Of a DNA stretch of 64,000 bases, positions 1 to 9,763 are shown one piece after another. This stretch comes from Gammaproteobacteria bacterium (GTDB taxonomy: Bacteria; Pseudomonadota; Gammaproteobacteria; JBCCGL01), in the NCBI GenBank assembly GCA_965277715.1, contig OZ255836.1, forward strand, positions 32,001 to 96,000. Reading direction: 5' to 3'. Each line of letters begins with the position of its first letter. Position 1 is the first letter of the stretch. The position numbers and the translations under genes are program-made. Under the pieces are notes generated by a model that saw only the letters and a program-made list of their open reading frames with translations, was not told the DNA's origin and searched no databases.

Positions 1-164
1 GGGCTTTTATCTGCTGTAACGCTAATAATATGTAGTGTAAAGTTTTCTTGATTATATTTTAACTAATGCCTTAACGTTTATATTAAGAAAATTTCGCTGC
101 AGTAGAAAATTAACTAGTGATGGTTCATTTTAAAAGCTGGCAATGCATAAGGTTCTAGTTGATC

Positions 165-1310
165 GGGTATGACCTTAATTTGATGTTGTATTTAAGCGGC
201 GATAGGCAAACCAAATTGACCGACCTTTTGCCAAAACTGCTGCCATCTGCCAGTACTATAGTTTATGCAGCGTAAACCTAACACGGCTGCCGCCCCTTTT
301 TCTTTCCACTTCATTGCACAACCACATAACCGTTGTTTCACAATCACCTTGCAAGCCGCTTCCGTTACACCCGAACCAATGGGTAAGCTATTTTTTACAT
401 TATGAGCATATTTCATCTTATCTTTGTTGTTTGTAAAATAGGTGATAACAGAATTAAGGGCATTTCGTTTCTCTTTCGATAGATCACTGTTATTGCCAAA
501 AGCCACCATTTCGTTCAGTAACCGCGTTGCCGAACCCACACAGTGCTTTAGCTTATGGCAAGATTGATCAAGCCATTCACTCCTATCTAACGCGTTTCTT
601 TTTCCATGAAACATCACATGAGCGGCTTTTCCAAGGTATTCGCTCACATGCCAAAAGTCGATTGTTTGGGTATGAGTATGTCGCTTTAAAAAAGGCCAAT
701 TACATTTCGCACCATCAGCAATTCCTACATAGTGGGCATCAGAGTAGTACTTCTTTACTTTGATGATCGCCTGTTCAAAACGCCCCAAAAAGGTCTCCTT
801 GCCATACTCAGGCGTAGCCGCCATATAGGTGGTATGTTGTCTATCACCCTTTTTGTCATAAAAAGCAATGGTGCCCACCATTGCTTCACGATAGCCTTCA
901 TTGCAAAGCAGCATACAAGTACCATCCATCCCTATCGATACCGTTTTCACCGGATAGGCCATCTTGGGCAGCTCATCGTTCCACTGTGCTTCCTTAGCCG
1001 TAACCACCGCACTCACCGCCTCAGCGATATCTTGTATAAAACAACGTGCCACTTTCCTACTATGGTTTTCTTCAAGGTCAGCTCTAACACGCGATGCACC
1101 AAGGTCGGCATATTTTGAAGAGACCATCTTGGCAAATTTGGGGGTCGAGGAAATGATAATACGGGCATTGGCATCAACAGGGCAATACGTCTTTCCCCCT
1201 TTTGAACCTTGATAAACAGGGCGTTGTATATCTACTGCTCCATAAGGCGTTTGATATATTTTTGATTCTTTACCCTTGCTGGTAAATTTAGTGCTGCCCA
1301 CTATTATAGG
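165..1310 (-). mobile_element. ISKra4/ISLre2-like (IS256 superfamily) element, 5'-truncated by the IS4-like insertion at 1311
   Basis: ORF 192..1364 has DGT, ADGA..W, DFWH and PIGSGVTEAACKVIVKQRL motifs. Its first ~18 codons come from the neighbouring IS end. Putative terminus GGGTATGACC at 165-174. Confidence 0.75.
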
Positions 1311-2861
1311 CATGGGTGTACCACTAGAATCTTGCCAGGAAGCTAATAACGCAATGAATAACACCTGAAAAGAGCCGCCATAAGCTACAAATAGTATTTT
1401 TTATAATATTTGTACTGTTTTTTTATAAACCGATAACAAGCTTTATAATTAATAAAATAAATAAAATTATCTAAAAAAAACACTTGAATTCACCAGCAGA
1501 ATTTTTTTTAAAATACCCATTTAATATCTGATTAAATGGGCAAATTGAATATGAACGAAATGATGACCGTTGAAGAATATATCACCGAACACTGTAAAAT
1601 AAGTATGGAAAAAGCAATTGCTGCTGAACGCTTCCCTTTATGGAAAAGATCATGCGATTCCATTGATGACGTAGCTTTTTCTCGACATGGGTTACTTCAC
1701 TGTATAAGTCTTGTACATAGTGGTCGTCACTATCTACAGGTTACGGATGAAATATACGACGAGACAATTTGTCATTCAAGCTATTTTAACGCATTGAAGT
1801 CGACAAGACGGATGAAGATGATGCAAGCCATGGAAAAGCAAAGCTATCAACTGCAAAGTGAGAAATTATCTTCTTTGGACATTGATTATTTAAAACAATT
1901 TCCTGAACTTGAAGAATATCGAGTAGAAGCAGCTGATGGTCATTTTATACAGCATGCTTGTCACACAGAGAAAAATCGTCAGGGCAACGTCTTCGCAGCA
2001 GGCTTTATTCATGCCTTGAACCTCAGAAATGGACTTCTAAGACCACTTTGTGTCGTGACTAACGGTACTGAACGACACCAGGAAATACCCGCGTTACGTT
2101 CTTATATTGAACAACGTTGTGGCGAAAAAGAGACTTGGCAAAAGCATCTCTATATATACGATAAGGCGGTGACTGATTATGCATGGTGGGAAAAACAAAA
2201 ACAGCATCAGAATTTTATGATTTCAGTACTCAAAGAAAATGCAGTTGCAACTTTTGTCAACTCTATACCCTATGACCAGGGTAGTGAAATTAATACAGGG
2301 GTTGAAGGCTATAGTGTATATAAAAATAAAAAGGTCCAATTTCATATTGTTAAATACCGCGACCCAGAAACAGGTCAATTACATCAATTTATTTCAACGC
2401 TACCAGAGTCAATTAACCAAGGCACTATTGCTATGCTCTATTACAAGCGTTGGACGATAGAAAAATCATTCAACAATAGTAAAAGTGATTTCACCGAAAG
2501 AAAAGCCTGGTCTTCAAACCTGAATGCGCTGAACAGTCAAATGCGTTTTACTGCTATGGCCTATAATATCATGCGTATTTTTGAAGAAACATCAAAAACA
2601 AAGAACCTGGACTGTATTCATCCATCTGATAAAAAATACACTAAAATACACTAAAATGCTTGATAAGAGACAACAAATTGCCCAGAAAAAAGGCGGCTTT
2701 GTTAATCCATTGTTTTTTTACGCTAGAATTACCCGTATATGCTCATTCACCATCCGCTCTCTGCAAAATGCAATAATGACAAGAAAGTCCCTTAGAACTA
2801 TTATGCATAGCTTAGTGAGGCATTTAAAACCTCGACAGCCAGGAATTTTGAAACACTGATG
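1311..2861 (+). mobile_element. IS4-like element, copy 1
   Basis: Ends CATGGGTGTACC... and ...GAAACACTGATG recur at 12520/15752 and 48874/47326. The flanks do not form a TSD. Confidence 0.85.
1536..2654 (+). CDS. IS4-family DDE transposase (372 aa), ended early by a 10-bp duplication; the natural tail runs to 2859
   Basis: ADGH / YDKA / YYKRWTIEKSF (YREK-like) motifs. AAAATACACT x2 at 2633-2652. Confidence 0.8.
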   Translation: MGKLNMNEMMTVEEYITEHCKISMEKAIAAERFPLWKRSCDSIDDVAFSRHGLLHCISLVHSGRHYLQVTDEIYDETICHSSYFNALKSTRRMKMMQAMEKQSYQLQSEKLSSLDIDYLKQFPELEEYRVEAADGHFIQHACHTEKNRQGNVFAAGFIHALNLRNGLLRPLCVVTNGTERHQEIPALRSYIEQRCGEKETWQKHLYIYDKAVTDYAWWEKQKQHQNFMISVLKENAVATFVNSIPYDQGSEINTGVEGYSVYKNKKVQFHIVKYRDPETGQLHQFISTLPESINQGTIAMLYYKRWTIEKSFNNSKSDFTERKAWSSNLNALNSQMRFTAMAYNIMRIFEETSKTKNLDCIHPSDKKYTKIH

Positions 2862-2956
2862 ACCATGTTAGTAAAACTGCAATGGTCCCTGTGTGTCAAC
2901 CTCACCTCAAGCCACTATGATTTAAGTTAACATCTAAATCAGGGCAGCTATCGAGA

Positions 2957-3379
2957 GTGAGAACAATGCCAAAACCAATGTTAGATAAACCACAACCTGA
3001 GTCATGTGAGATCAAGCCTGATCGGACACTTGAGAAAAAGACTCGCCGCACTTTTACAGCAGCCTATAAGCTAAAGATGATCAATCAAGCTGATGCTTGC
3101 CAGCATGGACAGCTTGGCGCTTTGCTACGCCGTGAGAAGCTTTACTCCAATCAATTGTCTCAGTGGCGAAGAGAACTGGCCGAAGGCGGTTTGTCAGGGC
3201 TATCAAAAAGCGCGCCCGGCCCTGCACCGCAAATGACGTCTGAGCAGCGCCGGATAGCGCAGCTTGAAAAACAAGTAAACCGTCTGGAAAAACAAATCGC
3301 CCTTAAGGATGACTGTCTGGAACTCCAAAAAAAAGCCTTGGCGATGCTCGACCGATTGAACAGCGGGATCGAGCAGTGA
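2957..3379 (+). CDS. IS3-like transposase OrfA (HTH)
   Basis: RRTFTAAYKL..LLRREKLYSNQLSQWR. A8 slippery run near the 3' end. Overlaps orfB. Confidence 0.85.
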   Translation: MRTMPKPMLDKPQPESCEIKPDRTLEKKTRRTFTAAYKLKMINQADACQHGQLGALLRREKLYSNQLSQWRRELAEGGLSGLSKSAPGPAPQMTSEQRRIAQLEKQVNRLEKQIALKDDCLELQKKALAMLDRLNSGIEQ

Positions 3380-4455
3380 ATACCGCGTTGACTGACCGCC
3401 CACCCTCAGTGTCCCAACGTCTGGCTTGTAAGGTATTGGCATTGTCACGGTCACACGTCCGGGCCAAGCAAAGCCGCCGCCATTTCTGTGGCCCTCCCAA
3501 ACCAGCAGGAACCGTGCGAATCACTTGCCATCAGCCACGCCAACTGAGTGAAGAAGAATGCTCTGTGGTATTGAATACGCTCAATAGTGAAGCGTTCTAT
3601 GATCAACCACCGGCGCAGGTTTACCATACCTTGCTGAGTCGCCGTATTTACCTCTGCTCCATCAGCACCATGCACCGCCTGCTGCGTCAGTCCGATCAGT
3701 CGGGGGAACGCCGAAAACAGCGTCCTGGGCAAACCAACGCAGTGCCAAGGCTTTCGGCCAGTCAGCCTAATGAGGTCTGGACATGGGATATTACAAAATT
3801 GGCCACCGTTAAGCGCGGCGTTTATTTATCGCTCTATGTGGTGATGGATTTATTCAGTCGCTACATCGTGGCCTGGATGCTTTCCCATAAAGAAAACAGT
3901 GCACTGGCACAGCAGCTCATTCAGGAGGCCAGTACACGTTACGCGATTAGACCCGACCAGCTGACGCTGCATCAGGATCGAGGGGCACCGATGACCGCAC
4001 ATTGCTACCTTGACTTACTGGGCGAGTTGGCGGTCACCGCTAGCCACAGCAGACCCCGCGTGAGTAATGACAATCCTCATAGTGAAAGCCAATTTCGAAC
4101 ACTGAAGTATCAGCCTGACTACCCGCGTCGCTTTGATAGCTATAGCCATGCCAATGGATGGTGCACTGAGTATATTGATTGGTATAACCATCAGCACTGT
4201 CACAGTGCGTTGGAGGGCTTCACACCTTGTCAGGTGTTTACTGGGCAGTACATACCACTCAGTGAGGTTCGTCAGCAGGCACTCAATGAAAAGTATGTCC
4301 AACATGCAGAGCGATTTGTCAATCAGCGGCCTGTTGTCAGGATGCCGCCTGCGAAGGTCTACATTAATCCCGTGCGCGATGAACTGGGTAATATAGATCA
4401 CGATGCACCCGTCAACTTCCCAACACTAAATCGGGCTAAATATATGGTAACTTGA
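3376..4455 (+). CDS. IS3-like transposase OrfB (rve integrase core)
   Basis: WTWDIT, HQDRG, SNDNPHSESQF DDE motifs. Confidence 0.9.
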   Translation: MNTALTDRPPSVSQRLACKVLALSRSHVRAKQSRRHFCGPPKPAGTVRITCHQPRQLSEEECSVVLNTLNSEAFYDQPPAQVYHTLLSRRIYLCSISTMHRLLRQSDQSGERRKQRPGQTNAVPRLSASQPNEVWTWDITKLATVKRGVYLSLYVVMDLFSRYIVAWMLSHKENSALAQQLIQEASTRYAIRPDQLTLHQDRGAPMTAHCYLDLLGELAVTASHSRPRVSNDNPHSESQFRTLKYQPDYPRRFDSYSHANGWCTEYIDWYNHQHCHSALEGFTPCQVFTGQYIPLSEVRQQALNEKYVQHAERFVNQRPVVRMPPAKVYINPVRDELGNIDHDAPVNFPTLNRAKYMVT

Positions 4456-4489
4456 GTAACTGTGGCTTGAAACAGGTTGACACCTTCCG

Positions 4490-4925
4490 GTTGGGTGTGA
4501 TACCTTCGTTTAGCAGGCCATCGGTAAGCGATGATAATCCTTATTCAGAAAGTCTGTTTAGAACCTTAAAATACACGCCTGCCTATCCGTCAAAGCCATT
4601 TGATAGTTTAGCCTCTGCCCGAAACTGGGTGCATGGATTTGTGCAATGGTATAACGACTCTCATTGCCATAGCGGCATTGGGTTTGTGACACCAACCTCA
4701 CGTCATAAAGGCGAAGATCACGCGATACTGGCAGCCAGAAAAGCAGTTTATGAACAAGCAAAGGCCAAACACCCTGAACGCTGGAGCCAGGATATTAAAC
4801 ACCTCGAACCGGTATCGGGGGTGTGGTTAAACCCGGAAAAGGAAGGCTTGGCCATGAGACAAAAGCATAATGGAATTGAAAAGCAAGTAGCACAGTAAAA
4901 CGGACAACTACCTTGACAAACACCG
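4490..4925 (+). mobile_element. 3' remnant of IS3-like element A
   Basis: Near-identical to the reverse complement of 13322-13757. Ends GGACAACTACCTTGACAAACACCG. Confidence 0.85.
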
Positions 4926-5054
4926 ATGCGTACATACTGCACGTCCTTAATCATATCGGCAGTGCCGATACTCTTGAAAAGATAGAGGCCTTGCTACCTT
5001 GGCATGTCGGTTTGGACATTACCGGGGAATAGAGGCTGATTTAAGGGCGCTTAC
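4926..5054 (+). mobile_element. IS66 right-end fragment (tnpC 3' end and IR)
   Basis: Matches the reverse complement of 10567-10695. Ends GGCGCTTAC (GTAAGCGCC IR). Confidence 0.85.
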
Positions 5055-5110
5055 TCTAAATGGGTATCTACACCGACAATAATTTCACCTTTTTGAAGAG
5101 CGAATTTCAT
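5055..5110 (-). pseudogene. N-terminal stub of an IS110-family recombinase, cut by IS66
   Basis: ATG at 5110 with GAGGTG RBS. Encodes MKFALQKGEIIVGVDTHL, matching the first catalytic GxD strand of the DEDD RuvC domain. Confidence 0.75.
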
Positions 5111-5124
5111 GGGTTCACCTCATT

Positions 5125-5300
5125 AATTATGAAGCATTACCAATCCCATTCGTTGGACAGGACACTCATGATGCAATACAAAGCTCCTATTAGGTCACAG
5201 ACTCTGGGCCCGGAAACGCTCGGGGAACACCAATACTGATCGACAGGTCAACGCAAAGACAAAAAAGCCAATCCCAGCACAGGTCAGATCAGCAGGGTAT
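5125..5300 (-). ncRNA. Putative IS110 bridge RNA in the non-coding left end (boundaries approximate)
   Basis: Stem/internal-loop/hairpin with guide TGCTGGGAT identical to the flanking target. A second loop carries TGAGTGT, complementary to the element's own end. Confidence 0.7.
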
Positions 5301-5322
5301 TCTCAAGCATAGTAGGCTGAGT

Positions 5323-5994
5323 ATCCCAGCAATTGCCTTTGCGGCTCATACTTTGAATAATATGGTGTTGTTTTAGTAAGCGGGGATGGTGATTAGAGGC
5401 ATACTGGCAGCCACGATCTGTGTGCCATAGCAGGCCAGCTTTGGGCTTACGCCGCCAAATAGCCATCAGCAATGCGTCATCCACCAGACTGGTTCTCATG
5501 TGTGATTGGATAGACCAACCCACTATTTGACGAGAGAACAGGTCAATCACGACGGCCAGGTAAAGCCAGCCCTGTTGCGTCCAGATGGAGGTAATGTCAC
5601 CAACATAACAGCGGTCAGGTTGTTCAACGGTGAAGGCTCGATTCAGATGATTGGGCGCAATGGGGTTATGGTGTTTGGAGTCTGTTGTCACTTTGAACTT
5701 ACGTTTGGTACGGCAACAAAGCCCTGCTTGTACCATGAGACGGCCTATTCGGCGGCGACTGATACGAACCCCTTCATTGGCAAACAAACGCTTTAAACGC
5801 CGGGTACCATAAGTCCCTCGTCCTTGCTCAAAAAAAACGTGCAGACGTTCTGTCAGCTGTTGATCTTCCTGATAGCGGGCTGTGGTGCATTGTTTTGACC
5901 ACGCATAATAGCCGCTACTGGAAACCGCCATAAAGCGACAAAGAGGTCGAACACCATAGCCAGATTGATGTTGCTGTATCCAGGCGTACTTCAC
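5323..5994 (-). pseudogene. IS3 OrfB, truncated before the catalytic E
   Basis: GDIT, HTDRG, SMSRKGNCWD, then foreign sequence. Confidence 0.85.
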
Positions 5995-6278
5995 GCTTGT
6001 TCCTTGGCAAAGTACGCGGCCGCCTTTTTTAACAGGTCGCGTTCCTCTTTCAAACGCGCGTTTTCTTTTTTCAACCGTTTGAGTTCATCATATAAGTGCT
6101 CATCGCTGTGGCCACTGCCATCCGCTTTCGGTTGGCTATACTTGCTGATCCAGGTATGCAAAGTATTCTCGTTCACGCCCAGTTCGCGTGCGGTCGCGGC
6201 TATAGGCTGGTCGTTTTTCAGGACTAATTTAACCGCTGACTCTCTAAAATCAGCCGTATAGGGTTGCTTCTCTTTCAT
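5991..6278 (-). CDS. IS3 OrfA
   Basis: YTADFRESAVKLV..ARELGV..TLHTW..LLKKAAAYFAK. Confidence 0.9.
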   Translation of the reverse strand: MKEKQPYTADFRESAVKLVLKNDQPIAATARELGVNENTLHTWISKYSQPKADGSGHSDEHLYDELKRLKKENARLKEERDLLKKAAAYFAKEQA

Positions 6279-6543
6279 TTTCGGTTCCTCGCGTAAACTC
6301 GGTTTACTTCAAGTGAGGGGTCCGAATTAGTGTAGCCACATCACAACCACCGTTACCAAATCAACAAGACGACAGAGATAAACGTTGAAAACCAGTCGAA
6401 AGTGCATGGTTTGTAGCATTTTGGCTGTATGGTTGACGCTATGACTGATTGGCATAGTGAGACGGTATAGAAATACTTTCCTCTACATACAACGCTTTAC
6501 AGCAGGCGTAGAAAAAACGTGCTGTTCATCCACTTAACAAATC

Positions 6544-6578
6544 TATAATATAAGACTGACACTTAACCAACGGAGGTG
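6544..6578 (+). promoter_or_regulatory. Putative -10 box and RBS of the small H-NS-like gene
   Basis: TATAAT at 6544-6549 and GGAGGTG at 6572-6578. Confidence 0.45.
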
Positions 6579-6582
6579 TGAG

Positions 6583-6759
6583 ATGAAATCTTATGACGAG
6601 TTGAAAGCTGAAATGGAAGCAATTCAGCAGCAGATGGTTGAAGCAAAGAAGAACGAACGTGCTAATGCATTGAAAGAGGTAAAGCGTCTTTGCAAAGAGT
6701 TTGGCTTTACTGCTGGGATGCTGAAAGGCGCGCTTGCTGAAGGCAGGAAGAAGCAATGA
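6583..6759 (+). CDS. 58-aa H-NS-like protein, oligomerisation domain only (missing from the ORF track)
   Basis: MKSYDELKAEMEAIQQQMVEAKKNERANALKEVKRLCKEFGFTAGMLKGALAEGRKKQ. Strong RBS. ATGA overlap with the next gene. Confidence 0.7.
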   Translation: MKSYDELKAEMEAIQQQMVEAKKNERANALKEVKRLCKEFGFTAGMLKGALAEGRKKQ

Positions 6760-7715
6760 AATACGAATATTTAAATTTCTTAAAATGCCCAGTAACAGAA
6801 GAAGAGTTAGAGTTAGATGTGTATGAAGAGCATAAGGGAGAGATACTAAGTGGTAAGCTCTACTCGTCAAAATCTGACTTTCCAATTATTAATGGTATTC
6901 CAAGATTCGTGAAAAATGAGGGTTATTCTGATAACTTTGGTTGGCAGTGGAATCATTGGGCGAAAGTTCAATTTGAGTGCGAGAATACTGGTAGACCAAT
7001 GGCTGGTTATACAACAAAAATGTTTAAAGCTATTACTGAATTAACAAGTGAAAAATTACAAGATAAAACGATTCTCGACATTGGTTGTGGTCCGGGTAGG
7101 TTCGTGGATGTCTCCAGAACATTAGGTGCAAAATTAGTCATAGCATTAGATTATTCTACAGCGATTGATGCTGCAAAAGAGAACTTTGAGGACGCTACAG
7201 GAATTTTCTTTGTGCAAGGTGATGCATTAAATCTTCCTTTTAAAGAAGGAGTGTTTGACTTTGTCTACAGCATAGGCGTGCTACATCATACACCTAGCCC
7301 AATTAAAGGTGTTCAAGAAGCTGCTAGAGTATTAAAAAAAAGCGGCGAGTTCGCAATCTCTGTTTATAAAAAAGGGGGCTATTACGACTTTGTCACAGTA
7401 CAAATGTGGCGTATATTGTTCAAATCGTTGTGGCCAATATTTGGACACAGATTACCTTACGTTTACTCTCAATTTTTTGGAAGAACAAATCACTATATTC
7501 GCCGCTATTCACGAATTTTAAGTCTTCCGATTAGGCTAATTTTTCCATCAGTAACTTTGCCAGATGTTAGATGGAGTGTCTTAGATACCTTTGATAGTGT
7601 CACACCATCTTATCAATCTGCTCATACCGTTTATGAAGTCTATTCCTGGTTTAAAAAAATGGATTTTATAGATATAAGAGTCGCTGCTTGGGAGAACATC
7701 ATAGGAAGAAAATAG
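6756..7715 (+). CDS. Class I SAM-dependent methyltransferase with an N-terminal Trm112-like segment
   Basis: LKCPVT..FPIINGIPRF, ILDIGCGPG, GDALNLPF, SIGVLHHT. AT-rich. Confidence 0.85.
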   Translation: MKYEYLNFLKCPVTEEELELDVYEEHKGEILSGKLYSSKSDFPIINGIPRFVKNEGYSDNFGWQWNHWAKVQFECENTGRPMAGYTTKMFKAITELTSEKLQDKTILDIGCGPGRFVDVSRTLGAKLVIALDYSTAIDAAKENFEDATGIFFVQGDALNLPFKEGVFDFVYSIGVLHHTPSPIKGVQEAARVLKKSGEFAISVYKKGGYYDFVTVQMWRILFKSLWPIFGHRLPYVYSQFFGRTNHYIRRYSRILSLPIRLIFPSVTLPDVRWSVLDTFDSVTPSYQSAHTVYEVYSWFKKMDFIDIRVAAWENIIGRK

Positions 7716-7766
7716 GTTGATACAGAATGTTAAATTTTCAGCGATACCTATACTGTGGATGAGTGA

Positions 7767-8063
7767 GTGGTACGACAGCCAAAAAAGAAGCTACGTGGCA
7801 ACTTCCGTAAGTTGATACAAGGACGAATAGAAAAAGCTATTCCACGTCATACACTTACAGCTGAAGAAAAAAGTCGGTTAGCTAAACTTAAAGCTATAGC
7901 TGCAAGATTGAGCGTGGGGAAAACGTGCAAAACCGTCAGCTGCAAACTTGGCTAAGTGAAGACGAGTACGCACAGATAGAAGTTGAGTTGCAAGAACAAC
8001 GGAAACTACGTGAAGAACTAAAAGATAAGCCAAGCGGCTTAAAACGCTATGAAGAAAAGCTTA
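7767..8063 (+). pseudogene. Frameshifted, IS-truncated hypothetical gene
   Basis: The ORF shifts frame near 7910 and continues RGENVQNRQLQTWLSEDEY..RYEEKL until the IS1595 end. Confidence 0.45.
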
Positions 8064-8223
8064 CCTAATTACCACTCAAGCTAAGCCTATTTTTCAGCAT
8101 TTTTTCAGTCATAGGTGGTGTTCTTAATGCCACATAGAAGAACCGGGGGAGTATATCTTTAAGTGAAAATCGCCGATTAAACCGGTACTGAAAGTCAGCA
8201 AGGTAGCGCTGAGCATATTTTGG
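8064..8223 (-). mobile_element. IS1595-family 3' fragment
   Basis: KYAQRYLADFQYRFNRRF C-terminal motif. End CCTAATTACCA. Confidence 0.7.
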
Positions 8224-8445
8224 AAGTTCAAACTTGATCTGACAGTTACCCAATTTTCAGTGACTGACTGTCAGCTTAAGTTTAGTTCAACAACTTAAGT
8301 TTCCAGATTGATTTACCGTCGATAAGAGTTTCCATCGGGGTTCTACCGCAGCACACTTTATCTTGGTGGGTTCGCTGAGTATTGTACTTGATTAATCATT
8401 CGTCAAGATCAACTTGAAGTTCCTCCATACTTTGATAGATTTTTC

Positions 8446-9763
8446 GGTTCTTCCCCGATTATTGTGAAGCCACCGGTTCCCTATCCAGCTTTCCGCAGTA
8501 AAACAAGATACTCCGCCGGTAACTTTCAAACGAACGAAATCCTCTTGCATTCGATTTGACTGTCTGAATTTTTGAATTCAAACCCTCTGACACGGCATTA
8601 CTTATTGTGTGCTTAAACCATGTCAATATGTTCGGCATGTGCGTTTTTATCATCTTGGCCACTTTCTTTATGCTGTCCAATCGGCACCGAATTGCCCATG
8701 AATACCACTCGTCAAAGAAACGCTTTGCCCAACCCGCTGTCTTATACGTCCAAAAATCACGAAACAGTTCTTTTATCGCCCAGGCTCGGGCTGTCAATAA
8801 CTGATCATGCTTGAGTGACTCAAAGTGCTCGGCTGCTTTGTCAGACAAATTTTCTTCGTTTTTTAACCAGTGATAACGACTCTTTTTCAACCGGGTATCG
8901 CCCTGTGACAAAAGGTCTCTATGTTTATCACGACGGACCTGATCCACCGCCTTATTCAGGTGTTGGCTAATATGAAAACGGTCGTGAACAATCGCACTGT
9001 CTGACAGTTTTACCTCAACGGCATTAATGAACGCAGGCCACCTATCAATCGCGACAGCTTTCACCTGTTCTCGCTGGTTATCCGTCAGCGCAACCTCCAA
9101 CGCCTCCTCACAAGCTGCCTGGGTGTGATCTTTCACTCCATCCAATACTCGCCCTCCATCGATATCATTGATGAGCGTCACATAGTCATGCCCTTTACGG
9201 TGGGACTTCTCATCAATACCCAGGTACTCAATTGTCACCAATTCCCGACGCGAAAGTCCCCGCTCGACAGCGCGGGCTTTGATGGCTTCCACTGCGTTCC
9301 AGCTAAGTCCCAGTAACTTACGCGCCTCTTCGACGCTACGTGAGGCTTGCAACACCCTGATGGAAAATAATTCAAACAACAACGTAAAACGACTGCGCTT
9401 GCTTGCCCAGGGTAACACCATACTTTTAACACCATGCTCCAGACAATTTACTCGGGGAATGCGACTGTGTAGACGCGTTTCAAACTGCATAGTATCCAGG
9501 TGTCTCCAGGATCGCTCTTGTGAACGGTGATCATAGAACGGACTCACTTCGCCACAGTGCGAACAAGGGCCGTGGTTGCCGCTAAATGCCAACGAAATGG
9601 ATACTTTTAACCCTGAAGGGTCTAAATCAACTGATGTCACTGACCAATCATCTGTCAGACCCAGGAGCTGGCTGTAGTGTTCTTCAAGGCTCGATAGCAC
9701 CGGAGTCTCTCAATAGCAAAGGGAGATGAAATACTATAACCTCACACAAACCGGGGAGGAACC
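8446..9763 (-). mobile_element. ISL3-family element, apparently complete
   Basis: IRs GGTTCTTCCCCGATT / GGTTCCTCCCCGGTT. TSD GATTTTTC / GATTTTTT. Confidence 0.9.
8459..9700 (-). CDS. ISL3 transposase
   Basis: Zn finger C-x2-C, GIDE, DRFH, SNAVSEGLN..ARGFR. Confidence 0.9.
   Translation of the reverse strand: MLSSLEEHYSQLLGLTDDWSVTSVDLDPSGLKVSISLAFSGNHGPCSHCGEVSPFYDHRSQERSWRHLDTMQFETRLHSRIPRVNCLEHGVKSMVLPWASKRSRFTLLFELFSIRVLQASRSVEEARKLLGLSWNAVEAIKARAVERGLSRRELVTIEYLGIDEKSHRKGHDYVTLINDIDGGRVLDGVKDHTQAACEEALEVALTDNQREQVKAVAIDRWPAFINAVEVKLSDSAIVHDRFHISQHLNKAVDQVRRDKHRDLLSQGDTRLKKSRYHWLKNEENLSDKAAEHFESLKHDQLLTARAWAIKELFRDFWTYKTAGWAKRFFDEWYSWAIRCRLDSIKKVAKMIKTHMPNILTWFKHTISNAVSEGLNSKIQTVKSNARGFRSFESYRRSILFYCGKLDREPVASQ

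Larger units (their letters stand above)
2887..4489 (+). mobile_element. IS3-like element B, inserted into a copy of IS3-like element A
   Basis: Subterminal IRs TGTCAACCT..TCAAGCCAC at both ends. The flanks 2862-2886 and 4490 onward rejoin as element A sequence (..KLQW-LGVIPSFSRP). Confidence 0.85.
5323..6343 (-). mobile_element. Canonical IS3-family element, 3'-truncated at the IS110 insertion
   Basis: IRL TGATGTGGCTACACTAATTCGGACCCC starts at 6343. orfA 5991..6278 has an A6G motif. orfB stops being IS3-like after KGNCWD. Confidence 0.85.

Noticed and set aside
6526-6885. 119-aa minus-strand ORF and other antisense ORFs (e.g. 28476..29336, 30216..31034, 62880..63413)
   Set aside because: Shadow frames of well-supported genes on the other strand.
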